A stretch of 41,601 bases of DNA from Elusimicrobiota bacterium (lineage in GTDB: Bacteria; Elusimicrobiota; Elusimicrobia; UBA1565): NCBI GenBank assembly GCA_043827405.1, contig JBDRPD010000088.1, positions 1-41,601 on the forward strand, written 5' to 3'. Positions 9,125 through 19,132 of the stretch are shown here, piece by piece. The notes beneath the pieces were generated by a model. It was not told the origin of the DNA. It was given only the letters and a program-made list of their open reading frames with translations, and made no database searches. The translations under genes and the position numbers were made by a program. How positions within the stretch are numbered: the first letter of the stretch is position 1; every line of letters starts with the position of its first letter.

Positions 9125-11488
9125 CTAAAAAGTCCCCGCAGGGAAATCCGTGTTAAATCTAAGGCGGCCATAGGTCCCGATGTTTTCGCTCGCGTCGAGC
9201 TCGCTGATGGATATCGCCGTGATATCGTCCATCCGCAATGGCAGTTTAATTTCAAAACCGCAGCGGTCGCGCTCGTCCTTGTCCGGAACTTCGCGTTCTA
9301 TTTCGACATAACCCCGCTCACGGTGGGCTGCCGGCAGCGCCGTTTTATCCGCGATAAAACGGGCGGACACTCTCGATCCCGCAGGGCGCGCGCAGCTTTG
9401 CGGATCGATCTTGATTGCGTGGGAAGTCAGGCAGAATTCCAAGCCGTGGACTTCGCTGCGGTATAGGCAGACATCCTTCACGGCGACCGACACCGAAGAG
9501 AATTGATCGACCGTATTCTTCCCCGCACAGCGGATGCGGGCGCCGTAAAACACCCCGCCGTCAAATTCAGCTTTTTTTCGAAACGCCGCGATACATGCGC
9601 CGCTCGTGCCGCGGAACGCCACGTCCGCGGCGTCGGCGATTGAGGAATCCTTAACCGCGATGCCCGTCGGCGCGTCACCGATTAACCCGGAGTTTATCAC
9701 GACTCGCGCCCGCTCTCCGATGCTCACCCCTTTGTCGCCGCAGTTCGTCGCGCTGAGCTTGCGGAAGTTGTAGTGGCCAGCCGACAGGTCGACGCAGTCG
9801 TTTACCGCATTCCTAACTTCAATAGTGCGGACCTCCAATTTTGAGAAGTCGATATCCACGGCATCCGCCGCGGCGTCCCGGACCTTGATGGAGTCGATAA
9901 CTCCATGCGAACGAATAAAGTTGAGGGAGTCCTCGCAGTCGCCGCCCTCGACCTCAATCGTCCCGCCGTCGAAGCTGCTGTCGATGAAGGTCACGCAGGA
10001 TGTCAGGAGCCTGTCATTATAGCGGGGCTCCAACTGCGGCGTGCCGTCCACGGGGACAGGCGCCCGGACTCTCAGGCGGAAAGAATCACTCCCCTCGCCT
10101 GACAGGACGAGGCGTGAGGTATGGGCATCCTCCAGACTGACATTCAGGTCCTTCGTCTCGCCGCCGATTCGTAAAAATAAAGATGTGTTTTTTTGCACAA
10201 GGAAGCTCGCGGAGCCCGTCTGTGGAGGGATCTTCGCAAAATCAGTATATTTGCTGTCTGTCTTAACCCCGGATGACTTAACGTTTAAGGGGAATACATC
10301 ATGCCCCCCGCGACGATACGCGAGGGCATCTCCGGCGATAAATTCCCGCGCCTCCCCGAAGGACGCCATCGTGCATTTCTTATATCGATTATCGCCTCCG
10401 GGGTCGCAGAATTCGAAACGAAGCGAATCATGTTTAAGGCGAAAAACAACCGGCAGTCCGCCGGATTTATTATCCAGAGCAAAACCTTGCGCCTTGCCGG
10501 GCAGGAACTCATCGAGCTCCGTGATCACCCGGTCAGTAATATGCCCGATGCCCAGCCCGGTCATATCCGTGACCCGCTGCAAGGCCGCCTGCGGCCGGGA
10601 ATCCGGGTTTGCGAGTATGCTCCGGGCGATGCAGGAGCGTTTTTCGCCAAGCGCCTCGCCGGTCCTGCTCTGAAAATCGCTGACAAAGCGCTTGTATGTG
10701 CGCTGGACGCGGTGAGAGGCATCAGACCAACCCCGTTTGACGCTGGAGCAATCGATACCGCTTGTTGTCAGCTGCACATTTCCGTTGGAATATACCGGGA
10801 TTTTTACTCCGTAAATAGGTTCGAAAATAAACCTTCGGTTGGCGATGTACATGCCGTGCTGCGCATACTTCGCGTTCAGCTTGTCATATGCCTTCAGCCC
10901 GTAGTATTGCTGTGAAAAAAGAGCGCGATAGGCGATTCCAAGCGCTGCGGGGTTCTTAAGAAATGGCTTATTGTCGACGATCATGCCGATATAATTAGGA
11001 TACTGCCGATAGAGCCCGAAAGTGCTTCTGGTTTGCCTCTCGTCCCCGACGACTATGGGGCTTTCTCGAAATGCCCAGCGTTCCAGGAACTCCTTATCCG
11101 GCGATTCCTCAAATATAGCGGTGTATGGCTTGCCGAGAAAGTTCACCGTTACCATCCGGCGATAAGGGACGGGGTATCCGAGCTCTTCCATTAATACCGA
11201 CCAGAAGATTTCCGCGCTGCCGCCGCGCGTCTCCGGCAGCAGCAGGCGGAACCGTCTGATGTTCCCGATATGACCGTTTTTGATCTTGACCTTCAGCGAT
11301 GATCGCACGTTCGCGAGGTCAAGGTGGTCTCGGAAATCGCCGGAAATACGGACCTTCGCATTCAGGAAATTCGCCTTGCCGTTTGATCGAATTCTTATAT
11401 TGGCGTCAACTGGCTTTTTGTATTTATCGCGAATTGTTTGGGCCCGATCAAGCGCCGCTTTATACAGTCGTAAGTGATACTTCTTCAT
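9125..11488 (-). CDS. CotH-kinase-like N-terminal domain plus C-terminal right-handed beta-helix; the true start may be upstream near 11632
   Basis: KVRISGDFRDHL...SLKVKI...FRLLLPETR...FEE (CotH-like). EDSLNFIRS, DAVDIDFS, NDCVDLS, DKGVSIGE, GIAVKDSS (beta-helix repeats). Confidence 0.75.
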   Translation of the reverse strand: MKKYHLRLYKAALDRAQTIRDKYKKPVDANIRIRSNGKANFLNAKVRISGDFRDHLDLANVRSSLKVKIKNGHIGNIRRFRLLLPETRGGSAEIFWSVLMEELGYPVPYRRMVTVNFLGKPYTAIFEESPDKEFLERWAFRESPIVVGDERQTRSTFGLYRQYPNYIGMIVDNKPFLKNPAALGIAYRALFSQQYYGLKAYDKLNAKYAQHGMYIANRRFIFEPIYGVKIPVYSNGNVQLTTSGIDCSSVKRGWSDASHRVQRTYKRFVSDFQSRTGEALGEKRSCIARSILANPDSRPQAALQRVTDMTGLGIGHITDRVITELDEFLPGKAQGFALDNKSGGLPVVFRLKHDSLRFEFCDPGGDNRYKKCTMASFGEAREFIAGDALAYRRGGHDVFPLNVKSSGVKTDSKYTDFAKIPPQTGSASFLVQKNTSLFLRIGGETKDLNVSLEDAHTSRLVLSGEGSDSFRLRVRAPVPVDGTPQLEPRYNDRLLTSCVTFIDSSFDGGTIEVEGGDCEDSLNFIRSHGVIDSIKVRDAAADAVDIDFSKLEVRTIEVRNAVNDCVDLSAGHYNFRKLSATNCGDKGVSIGERARVVINSGLIGDAPTGIAVKDSSIADAADVAFRGTSGACIAAFRKKAEFDGGVFYGARIRCAGKNTVDQFSSVSVAVKDVCLYRSEVHGLEFCLTSHAIKIDPQSCARPAGSRVSARFIADKTALPAAHRERGYVEIEREVPDKDERDRCGFEIKLPLRMDDITAISISELDASENIGTYGRLRFNTDFPAGTF

Positions 11489-11628
11489 ATCACCCTTCTT
11501 GATCAGGATCTCAATAGTCTCGGGAACGTCCGGCCGGTACAGCGGTTTCCAGGCGGCGCCTGCCGCACCGGCGGTGAGCAGGACCGTGATGACGCTTGGG
11601 ATAAAGGCGAAGTTGATAGAATTAATAA

Positions 11629-12291
11629 CTATACTGAGGAGAAGCCGAGATTGATTTCGATGACATCAGGAAGTGCGCCGCAGCGATTTTTGAATTCCAA
11701 AGCCTGCTCCATGTCCTCAAGGACAAAAACCAGGGTCGTCTGGACATCCTTCCCTGCTTTGCTTTCGTCATAACTGCGAAGGTACTTAAAATAGTCCTTG
11801 AGCTGCTGCGGTTTCTCGAATGAGCCGCGCAGGCGCAAGATGGCTTCCGCGTGATTTTGCGTCTGGCCCACCTCGGGCCTGATCAGGCGTGGGAACGCCG
11901 CCGACAGATACTTCAGCAGCGGCCCGACGGATGCCAGAAATAACGTCAGGTAGACCGCATGTCTAAGGTGGACTCCCGCGACGATCCCGATGGTAATAAG
12001 CCCGAAAAGCAGAGAGAGCTCGTACCCGCTCTTCACCGGGGTCCGGTAGCGGATAATTGACAGCGCGCCGATCATTCCGAGCGAGAGAAAGAAATTGGTG
12101 GCGATGGTCTTGGTAATAACCAACGCTATCACCGGCAGCATTAACGACATCGCGACCATATTCCTGTTGCGGAGGAACGCGTTTAGGCTGAAGCTATGGG
12201 CGAAGAAGACGAACGCGCCCATGAGAGCGACGCCGATGCCGCATACAGCAAGGCTGTTTTGCGCGAACATATACAGCTCATTTATTGTCAT
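11629..12291 (-). CDS. DUF4956-family membrane protein
   Basis: LSLGMIGALSIIRYRTPVK signature; several TM helices; adjacent to CotH-like and VTC genes. Confidence 0.85.
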   Translation of the reverse strand: MTINELYMFAQNSLAVCGIGVALMGAFVFFAHSFSLNAFLRNRNMVAMSLMLPVIALVITKTIATNFFLSLGMIGALSIIRYRTPVKSGYELSLLFGLITIGIVAGVHLRHAVYLTLFLASVGPLLKYLSAAFPRLIRPEVGQTQNHAEAILRLRGSFEKPQQLKDYFKYLRSYDESKAGKDVQTTLVFVLEDMEQALEFKNRCGALPDVIEINLGFSSV

Positions 12292-12298
12292 AGTGAAG

Positions 12299-13051
12299 TT
12301 ATCTCACGTTTGGAGTGTTCCCATCCTGCCACTGCACGAGCCCCGTGCCGGACCAGTGGCCGAATGAGGTCATGTCCAGCTTCGGCATTGGGATCAGCCG
12401 CCAAAATCGAAGCATGTTCCATAGACGAATATCGTCAAACACTACCCAGGGACTAGCCAATCCCACAGTCCTCAGATTGTCAAAGAAACTTTGTTCTTGC
12501 TGGCCGTCCTTTGCCGCATCGATGAAGAAAAACTCTCCGGTTTTGAGAATCCCTGACTGCATCCTGGCCTCACTCGCAACGCTGAGATCGCACACCCGCT
12601 GCTCCAAGCGTCCGTCCTCGAAGTCATCGTCCGTCAATACAACGCCCGGGAATTGTTTCCAGGGGACGATGTCATAGGTTACGATTTTCCCATCAGCGGG
12701 AAGGGTTTCTTTTATGGCGAGCGAAGAGAAGCCTGAGGCCGTTCCAATTTCCACGACGACTTTGGGCTGCAGCACCTGCACGAATCCCGCCAATAATCGG
12801 TAGTGTTCGCCCGGCCATACGTCGGGATAATAGGGCGGGCCCGACATCCGGGAGGAGAGCTCAGAAAACTGGATCTTCGATGCCGCCCGAATGACCTCCA
12901 GCGACAGTTCCACTTGTTCAGGTGTCGGCTGTGAGTGATCATCATCGGCACTCAACAGCATGGAATATTCAGAGTGTCTCACCGACACTGGCGGCGGTAG
13001 ACAGCGGTGAACGATCCGCCGCTTAACGCCATGAAACCAATCCTCAATCAT
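12299..13051 (-). CDS. Class I SAM methyltransferase (Methyltransf_24-like)
   Basis: PKVVVEIGTASGFS, FFFIDAAKD, VVFDDI. Confidence 0.85.
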   Translation of the reverse strand: MIEDWFHGVKRRIVHRCLPPPVSVRHSEYSMLLSADDDHSQPTPEQVELSLEVIRAASKIQFSELSSRMSGPPYYPDVWPGEHYRLLAGFVQVLQPKVVVEIGTASGFSSLAIKETLPADGKIVTYDIVPWKQFPGVVLTDDDFEDGRLEQRVCDLSVASEARMQSGILKTGEFFFIDAAKDGQQEQSFFDNLRTVGLASPWVVFDDIRLWNMLRFWRLIPMPKLDMTSFGHWSGTGLVQWQDGNTPNVR

Positions 13052-13069
13052 GCATGCCTCGCTGCCTCA

Positions 13070-13075
13070 ATTATA
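13070..13075 (-). promoter_or_regulatory. Possible internal -10 box (TATAAT) upstream of the 12299-13051 gene
   Basis: Perfect TATAAT on the minus strand in a 70-bp intergenic gap; no convincing -35. Confidence 0.3.
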
Positions 13076-13121
13076 GCGAATCCTCGACTTCCACGCATGG
13101 GACGGCGGCCGACAGCAGTCC

Positions 13122-13910
13122 TTAGATCTTCCGCGCAATGGCGAAGTTTTCTTCGCGGTCAGCGAATACGTCTTTTGTTTCGAATCCGTGTGTCTTTAGC
13201 AGCGCGCTGAGCTGCTCGCGGCTAAGGATCCTTAAGTGGAACGCATTATCCTCATAATGACGTGCTGAGTAAGGACAAGAGATGAAGAGGTAGGTCCCGG
13301 GATGAGATATCCCGGCGCAGTTGGCCAGGAAGCCGTCCGGGTCGCTAAAATGTTCGAAAGTTCCCTTGCAGAACACTATGTCGTAGCTGCCGGTCGGGAA
13401 TTCTTTGTTAAGGTCCATGCCTATAGCCTTGATAGGCCAAGGGATAGTAGCAACCACCTTCGGGAAGTCTATGCCTGTCGCCTCGATGCCTAATTCCGTC
13501 ATCTGATGCGTGACCTCTCCGGAGTTGCAGCCGATATCGATAAAAGTCCGGATCGCTTTATCGGCCTTGACCGTCGCCAACAGCTTCTGGAATACCTCCT
13601 GTGAAGGATCGAACAACCCTTCGGCGTCAGCGCGGAGAAACTGCCATTCCTGCAGCTTCGAGTTGTGGTCGGGATTATCTCGCAGAAACGAGCTTATTTC
13701 CTCCTTGACCGCCTTACTCCTGAACTCAGCCAGTCGGTGGAGAGATTCGAAGGGCAGCGCGCGGAGAAATCCGGTCTTGTCGGCGCTGAGTCGATATCTC
13801 ATGTATATAAACAGTGCGCTTCTCGCTTGGATTGTCCGCTTGAAGCGCAGGAACGCCCGATGGAGTCCATGGTAGACGGCTCTTGGCAAGTTCATAATTC
13901 CATCCAGCAA
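13122..13910 (-). CDS. Class I SAM-dependent methyltransferase
   Basis: FIDIGCNSG, YDIVFCKGTFEHFSDP, FISCP. Start uncertain (TTG 13910 or ATG 13895). Confidence 0.85.
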   Translation of the reverse strand: MLDGIMNLPRAVYHGLHRAFLRFKRTIQARSALFIYMRYRLSADKTGFLRALPFESLHRLAEFRSKAVKEEISSFLRDNPDHNSKLQEWQFLRADAEGLFDPSQEVFQKLLATVKADKAIRTFIDIGCNSGEVTHQMTELGIEATGIDFPKVVATIPWPIKAIGMDLNKEFPTGSYDIVFCKGTFEHFSDPDGFLANCAGISHPGTYLFISCPYSARHYEDNAFHLRILSREQLSALLKTHGFETKDVFADREENFAIARKI

Positions 13911-13911
13911 T

Positions 13912-14793
13912 CTATTTATGGTAGCTGCCGCTCAATAACGCGCGCACGATCCCGGAGGCAAAACCAAAGGAATACACCGCCGAATAAAGCGCCATTCTCG
14001 GCTCTCTCTTTACGATGCCGATATGCAGGCCGCGCAGGATCGCAAAGAGAGGATTGTTGTATAGAAGCACCGCGGCGAGACATCTGAGCAGCCTCCGCCC
14101 CTCGGGAACCGCGACTCCGCGGCCATGCCATGCGGACTCCGCGAACAATTCGCTTAGGTTTCGGATATTCCGATGCGAGCAGGCCGCGTCAGGGACAATC
14201 TTGGCGTAGACGTTGGTGCGCCATGAAATTGTTATGTCGGCTGAGTAGCCTTGAATCTCGGAAAACCCCCCGCTGTCGAGCAGGAAATCCTTTCTTGCGG
14301 CCCGGTACTGTCCGGAATTCTCCGCCACAGCTACTGGGTGTCGGCGGCGGTCGGGAAGTCCGCTGAACCAGGTTTGGCACCTGGCCCATGGATTATCCCA
14401 GTTGGCGACCGCCTCGTTCCAATGGCAGGTGGCGACGACCTCCCCCCTGATGATCGGAGCCGTCAACTTCGACACGTAGCCGGGGCCGAACTGCATGTCG
14501 GCGTCCGCAAAAACCAGGATATTGCCCCGCGCGCTATGGATCCCCAGATTGCGCGCCGCGCCCATGCCTTTATGGGCCCCGCGGACGACTCGTACTCCCA
14601 GCTTTTCGCAGATTTTCGCCGTATCATCGGTGGAACCGTCATCCACAACTAGGATCTCAAGCGGCTTGAAATCCTGCTGCTGCAGGGACCGGAGACAGTC
14701 CCCTATGCACTCCTCTTCATTGTAGGCGGCAAGCGCTATCGTGACATACGGCTGTCCGATCGCTTCGTATTTCTCTAAATCCACACTGGGCAT
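13912..14793 (-). CDS. GT2 family glycosyltransferase
   Basis: AAYNEEE, VVDDGSTDDT, GAARNLG, FADAD. ATG 14793 lies just after the upstream stop. Confidence 0.92.
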   Translation of the reverse strand: MPSVDLEKYEAIGQPYVTIALAAYNEEECIGDCLRSLQQQDFKPLEILVVDDGSTDDTAKICEKLGVRVVRGAHKGMGAARNLGIHSARGNILVFADADMQFGPGYVSKLTAPIIRGEVVATCHWNEAVANWDNPWARCQTWFSGLPDRRRHPVAVAENSGQYRAARKDFLLDSGGFSEIQGYSADITISWRTNVYAKIVPDAACSHRNIRNLSELFAESAWHGRGVAVPEGRRLLRCLAAVLLYNNPLFAILRGLHIGIVKREPRMALYSAVYSFGFASGIVRALLSGSYHK

Positions 14794-14794
14794 A

Positions 14795-15496
14795 TTATGT
14801 ATGCGTATCGAGGCGCTTGAAGACGATGTCGGTAAAGTTTGCTCCCGGCGTTCCCCTCCCATAGGAGATGTTCAGAAAATCAAATACCGCAAAATCATTA
14901 TCCCGCATAAAAAGAATGAGCTCTGCAAACGTGTAGCTATCTGTAAACCGTTTAGAAATAGATGCTTCCAATATCACGGTATCTGTCAATGTTAACAGCC
15001 GCTTAGCGTCCTTCAGCGCCTCGAGTTCGTGCCCCTCGGTATCGATTTTAAGAAGTATCGGCGGCTGAATGTCTCTATTTTCAGCGAGGATCTTATCCAG
15101 CGTGGTTACTTCTATTTCCCTGCTTTCAGAGGAGTCGGCCTCCTGCGCCGCCGAGGGCCGTCGTTTTAGAGTGGAGAGCTGGGGGTCCGCGGGATAAACG
15201 GTGATCCTTCTCTTGGATTCTTCGTCACCGACGGCCTGGCGAAATACCTCACAGTCATACTCACTGGAGATCCGATTGAGCGCGTCCTCGAACTCTCTGA
15301 GGGGTTCGATCAGGAAAAACTTAGCCTTTGGATAAGCCTGGTAGAGCTCATAGGTCCCATCGGCGCCCCCCACGTCAAAAACAGTTTTTGCTGCGCAGAT
15401 CTGGGACAGATAGGATGCGCAGAATCCTCTTTCACCCCGTTTTCTGATCTCATATCCAAAGACGTTCAGGGTCGATCTGATTAAATCCTTGATCAT
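14795..15496 (-). CDS. FkbM family methyltransferase
   Basis: VFDVGG, LIEP, VTTLD, LLKIDTEGHELEAL. Confidence 0.9.
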   Translation of the reverse strand: MIKDLIRSTLNVFGYEIRKRGERGFCASYLSQICAAKTVFDVGGADGTYELYQAYPKAKFFLIEPLREFEDALNRISSEYDCEVFRQAVGDEESKRRITVYPADPQLSTLKRRPSAAQEADSSESREIEVTTLDKILAENRDIQPPILLKIDTEGHELEALKDAKRLLTLTDTVILEASISKRFTDSYTFAELILFMRDNDFAVFDFLNISYGRGTPGANFTDIVFKRLDTHT

Positions 15497-15520
15497 GATG
15501 GCAGCCTCAGCGGCATATTC

Positions 15521-16894
15521 CTAGCCCCCCCAGAGTTTCGCTTTAATCCGCGCTAATTCTGGCGGAAGTTTCTTGTAGTTCTTGAATACCTGCAAATAAG
15601 AGACCTCGCCGTTAAATGGGAGCCAGCCAAGATATCTTTGCTGCATCAATAATTGAAGATTCCACAGGACCAACAGGGCGCAGACCAGCAAGGCATATTT
15701 TCGTCTTGCCGGCGGCTGCCACGACCTCCGCAGAACCTCCGCCCAGCCCATTGCGACGAAAACCGTCAAGCCATTGAATCCCCGATTGCCGAAGGAGTTC
15801 GCCATAGTGTAGTCCCAGAATGCGACGATGAACCATGTCAGCAAAAAACAAGCGGACAGGCTCAGCATCAGGAACCGGGATGTCTTTACCCGGGCCATCA
15901 GCAACACACTCCCCACGCAGGAGAACAATATGACGGGATGCCAAAGGAGCAGGCCATGATTGGTTGAGAATAATGTCTTGACGAGATTGAGCGGCGAAAA
16001 AGAAAAGCTCCATCCGGTATCGGCGTAGGTGTTGATCAGGTAATGACCGAAAACCGTCCGCATATACAGCGACTGCGGGACATAGCATATGGCCGCGAAC
16101 AACACGGCCAATGACGTTTTCTTCAGCAGGTCCCGCTCGACGCCGCGAGCGAGGATGTGCCGCGCTACCGGCGCCGCGGCGATAAGGCCGAAGACCACGT
16201 TTTGGAATCGCACCATTACGGCCAGCGAGAAGACGCAGCCGATACCGATAAATCGATAGACGCCTATCGTGTGGATGTCTTCGCTGTAGAGCGGCAGTGC
16301 GAGAAAGATCATGAGCGTTACAACGGCGAAGCTGTGCGCATGAGTCATGGTCAGATGCCCGGTGATGTACCATAGCAGGCTGCTTGATAATACAAGGCTG
16401 TTAATGGCGAGGGCTGCGATATCCGGGACAAAAAAGATGCGCAATATCCTATATCCGAAGAACAAACCAAGCAGCGCGAAAAGTATCGAAGATAACGGCA
16501 CGATAAGACCATAAAGGCCTCGATAGCCGTCGTCGGGCAGGGGTTCGTTTCTGCATAGATTAAGTGTCCGGGTGAGCATGTCGGCCGTAAAAAAGAACGG
16601 CTGTGCCAATAGGCTGTATCCTATCGGCGTTTGGTTGTAAATCCTTCCGGTCTTCGTCCGTTGGGGACGCTCCGCGAGATTCGGGGACGGGGTCATGGCC
16701 CATTCGTTTTCAAAGTCGAGATCATGATCGAAATAGAGCGAGCGGCCGATCATATAGTTGTATTGGGCGTCGGTGCCGAAGATCCAGCCATTATGCAAGT
16801 GCCCGAAGAAGGCGCTTAGCGTAAATATGAAAAGAATGGTGACGGCAAACGGGATGAGGACGTATTTGGAGTGAGAGCGCAGGCTAGGCGTCAT
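15521..16894 (-). CDS. Polytopic membrane protein, probable GT-C fold (lipid-linked donor) glycosyltransferase
   Basis: About 10 or more hydrophobic segments; D..Y..IGRSLYFDHDLDFENE loop after TM1; late HGLLLWHP and SFGNR motifs. Confidence 0.65.
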   Translation of the reverse strand: MTPSLRSHSKYVLIPFAVTILFIFTLSAFFGHLHNGWIFGTDAQYNYMIGRSLYFDHDLDFENEWAMTPSPNLAERPQRTKTGRIYNQTPIGYSLLAQPFFFTADMLTRTLNLCRNEPLPDDGYRGLYGLIVPLSSILFALLGLFFGYRILRIFFVPDIAALAINSLVLSSSLLWYITGHLTMTHAHSFAVVTLMIFLALPLYSEDIHTIGVYRFIGIGCVFSLAVMVRFQNVVFGLIAAAPVARHILARGVERDLLKKTSLAVLFAAICYVPQSLYMRTVFGHYLINTYADTGWSFSFSPLNLVKTLFSTNHGLLLWHPVILFSCVGSVLLMARVKTSRFLMLSLSACFLLTWFIVAFWDYTMANSFGNRGFNGLTVFVAMGWAEVLRRSWQPPARRKYALLVCALLVLWNLQLLMQQRYLGWLPFNGEVSYLQVFKNYKKLPPELARIKAKLWGG

Positions 16895-17813
16895 CAGTCC
16901 ATAACCAGCGGGGCCCCTCGCCGGTTCTGCCTAGATAGTGGTCGATCATCGCGGCGAGATAGGCCCGGGCTTTTTTCCCCCGGCCGGGGCCGGAAGATTT
17001 GACCAGGAGCCAGGCGATGTCGCGTGCGAAACCTGCAAGCACCTGCCGCTTCGCGCGAGGCGCGTGCGTCCCCGCCAATAGGAGGTGACTCCGGGTCTTG
17101 TGATAAGACCGGAGCGCGGAATCCTGGCCTCCCGTCGATCTGGACACCTTGTGCAGTATCTTCGCGGCGGGAACTACGATGCATTTATATCCGGATTCTT
17201 TCGCGCGCAGCCCCCAGTCGACGTCTTCCCAGTACAAGAAGTACCTTTCATCCAAAAGACCGACGCGCTCAATGAGCGCCCGTTTGACGAGCAGGGCGCA
17301 GCCGGTGATAAAGTCCGACTCTTCCGGTTTCGCATCGCTCTTTCCGTCATCGACCTCATCGGCACGCGCGAATGAGAGGCGGGCTGTGCTTTCGTCGAAT
17401 GCGGCCCCGGCGAACCATATTCTCTGCGGCTCGTCGAAATAGCAGATCATCGGGCCCAGCATGCCGGCGTCGGGATCGCTCTCTCCGGCATCCACCAGGA
17501 GGTCCAGGAAGTCGGGTCGCACCACGGTGTCGTCGTTCAAGAGCAGGACATAGTCGGCTCGATCCTGCAATGCCGCCATAATCCCCGAGTTATTTCCGCG
17601 GGCGAAGCCGACGTTGGAAAGGCTTCTAAGGATCCGCACCTCACGCTCTTCGACCGCCGTTAATTCATCGGGACCGTTGTTAACGACTATCACTTCATGG
17701 TTGGTGTAGGTGATCTTCTCCAGCGATTCCAGGCACGCGCGAAGGCACGGCACGTCCTTGAAATGCAGGATGATGATAGAAACCTTGGGCCGCGGCTGCG
17801 CTGCGTCAGTCAC
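16884..17813 (-). CDS. GT2 family glycosyltransferase (rhamnosyltransferase-like)
   Basis: NVGFARGNN, LLLNDD, ITGCALLV, GLLDERYFLYWEDVDW. GTG start at 17813 (GTGA overlap). Confidence 0.92.
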   Translation of the reverse strand: MTDAAQPRPKVSIIILHFKDVPCLRACLESLEKITYTNHEVIVVNNGPDELTAVEEREVRILRSLSNVGFARGNNSGIMAALQDRADYVLLLNDDTVVRPDFLDLLVDAGESDPDAGMLGPMICYFDEPQRIWFAGAAFDESTARLSFARADEVDDGKSDAKPEESDFITGCALLVKRALIERVGLLDERYFLYWEDVDWGLRAKESGYKCIVVPAAKILHKVSRSTGGQDSALRSYHKTRSHLLLAGTHAPRAKRQVLAGFARDIAWLLVKSSGPGRGKKARAYLAAMIDHYLGRTGEGPRWLWTDDA

Positions 17814-19120
17814 GCGTCGTGGTGCTCCGTCGGGTGATAAGCGGCGAGCAGATCGTCGAAAACCCCGATGAACCAGCGCGCCACGTGCGGCCAATCGTAG
17901 GTCTCTCTAGCCGTTTGCATATCCAGAGGCTTGGGCATCCTTCCGTCGAGAACCTCCAAGAAGGCCCGCGCCCACTCGTTATAGTCGTTGACGGGGACGA
18001 GCCTCCCGACCGCATGTTTTTTCATGGTGTCGGCGGTATGGCCCACCGGGGTGGTGATCACGGGAAGGCCGCAGGCCATGGCCTTCATGACCGTCACCGG
18101 CCCGCCCTCGATCGAGGACACCGAGACGAAAAGATCAGATGCCCAATAGATGTCCCGCAAATCTTCCCCGAGCACATAGGGATGCATGATGGCTTTCCCC
18201 TCCTTCGCCAGCGGCGCGGCGAGAGCTGTCAGTCGTTTCGTGTATTCCTCATCGCCCTGACCCGCGATGATGAGGCAGAAATCATCCCGGTTCTTGAGCG
18301 TGGTGAACACTTCCAGCAGCTTGTCCAATTGTTTGCGCGCGAGAAAGATCGCCGAGGCGAAAAAGACGGTCTTCCCAGCGGAGATGTTGAGTTTGCGGCG
18401 GGCCGCCTGCTTCGCTTTCTTCACGGGAGGCGGTATCCAAAATTTAAAATCACAGCCGAAGGTCATCGCCTCTATGCGGCCCCCATAGATGGTTCCAACC
18501 TTTTTTAAGTCGGCCAGGGACAGCTCGGATATCACATCGGCATACCCCAACGCCTTCTTCACTTGAAAATGCTCAATGATGAGGGACAGATAGGTCAGGG
18601 GCCAATGCAGCCCCGGTAATTCGCCTAGAGGAGTCCTGAACGTGCCTCCGCCGAGCATGAAGATCGGGATCCTCTTCGCGGGCCCGAAAGCGTTGAGGAA
18701 GGAGAGATAAAACGGCAGCCTAAAGCCGTATAAGCCGAATATCAGGAGAATGATCGGGCGATCCTCGATTTCTTTCAGCCGCGATATCATCGCCTCCGAG
18801 ACGATCGCGCTCTGGGTGCGGATTCCCGTTTTGCGAGGCTGGTCCTCGGCCGGGAACAGCCGGTGGATCACTCCCGTATCCAAAGTCTGCGAATAGACCT
18901 TGTCCGCCCGGTAGTCCGGCTGCCAGACCTCCCACTCATAGCGGCCGGTTTCCTTCAATATCTCTTCGCCGATATAATCGAGCCACTCCCGGGCCCAAAA
19001 GCCCACCATGCTCCCGTCGCTCTTTTTCCAGGAGAATTCCGGCGTCGCATCGGGATCAAAATGATAAGGGGGACCGTGTGCCATGACGGCGATTACTCGG
19101 GGCTTCTCCGTGGCGCTCAT
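17810..19120 (-). CDS. GT4 family glycosyltransferase
   Basis: RKQLD, SDLFVSVSSIEGGPVTVMKAMACGLPVITTPVG. Confidence 0.88.
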   Translation of the reverse strand: MSATEKPRVIAVMAHGPPYHFDPDATPEFSWKKSDGSMVGFWAREWLDYIGEEILKETGRYEWEVWQPDYRADKVYSQTLDTGVIHRLFPAEDQPRKTGIRTQSAIVSEAMISRLKEIEDRPIILLIFGLYGFRLPFYLSFLNAFGPAKRIPIFMLGGGTFRTPLGELPGLHWPLTYLSLIIEHFQVKKALGYADVISELSLADLKKVGTIYGGRIEAMTFGCDFKFWIPPPVKKAKQAARRKLNISAGKTVFFASAIFLARKQLDKLLEVFTTLKNRDDFCLIIAGQGDEEYTKRLTALAAPLAKEGKAIMHPYVLGEDLRDIYWASDLFVSVSSIEGGPVTVMKAMACGLPVITTPVGHTADTMKKHAVGRLVPVNDYNEWARAFLEVLDGRMPKPLDMQTARETYDWPHVARWFIGVFDDLLAAYHPTEHHDA

Positions 19121-19132
19121 CGGATGATCCTT

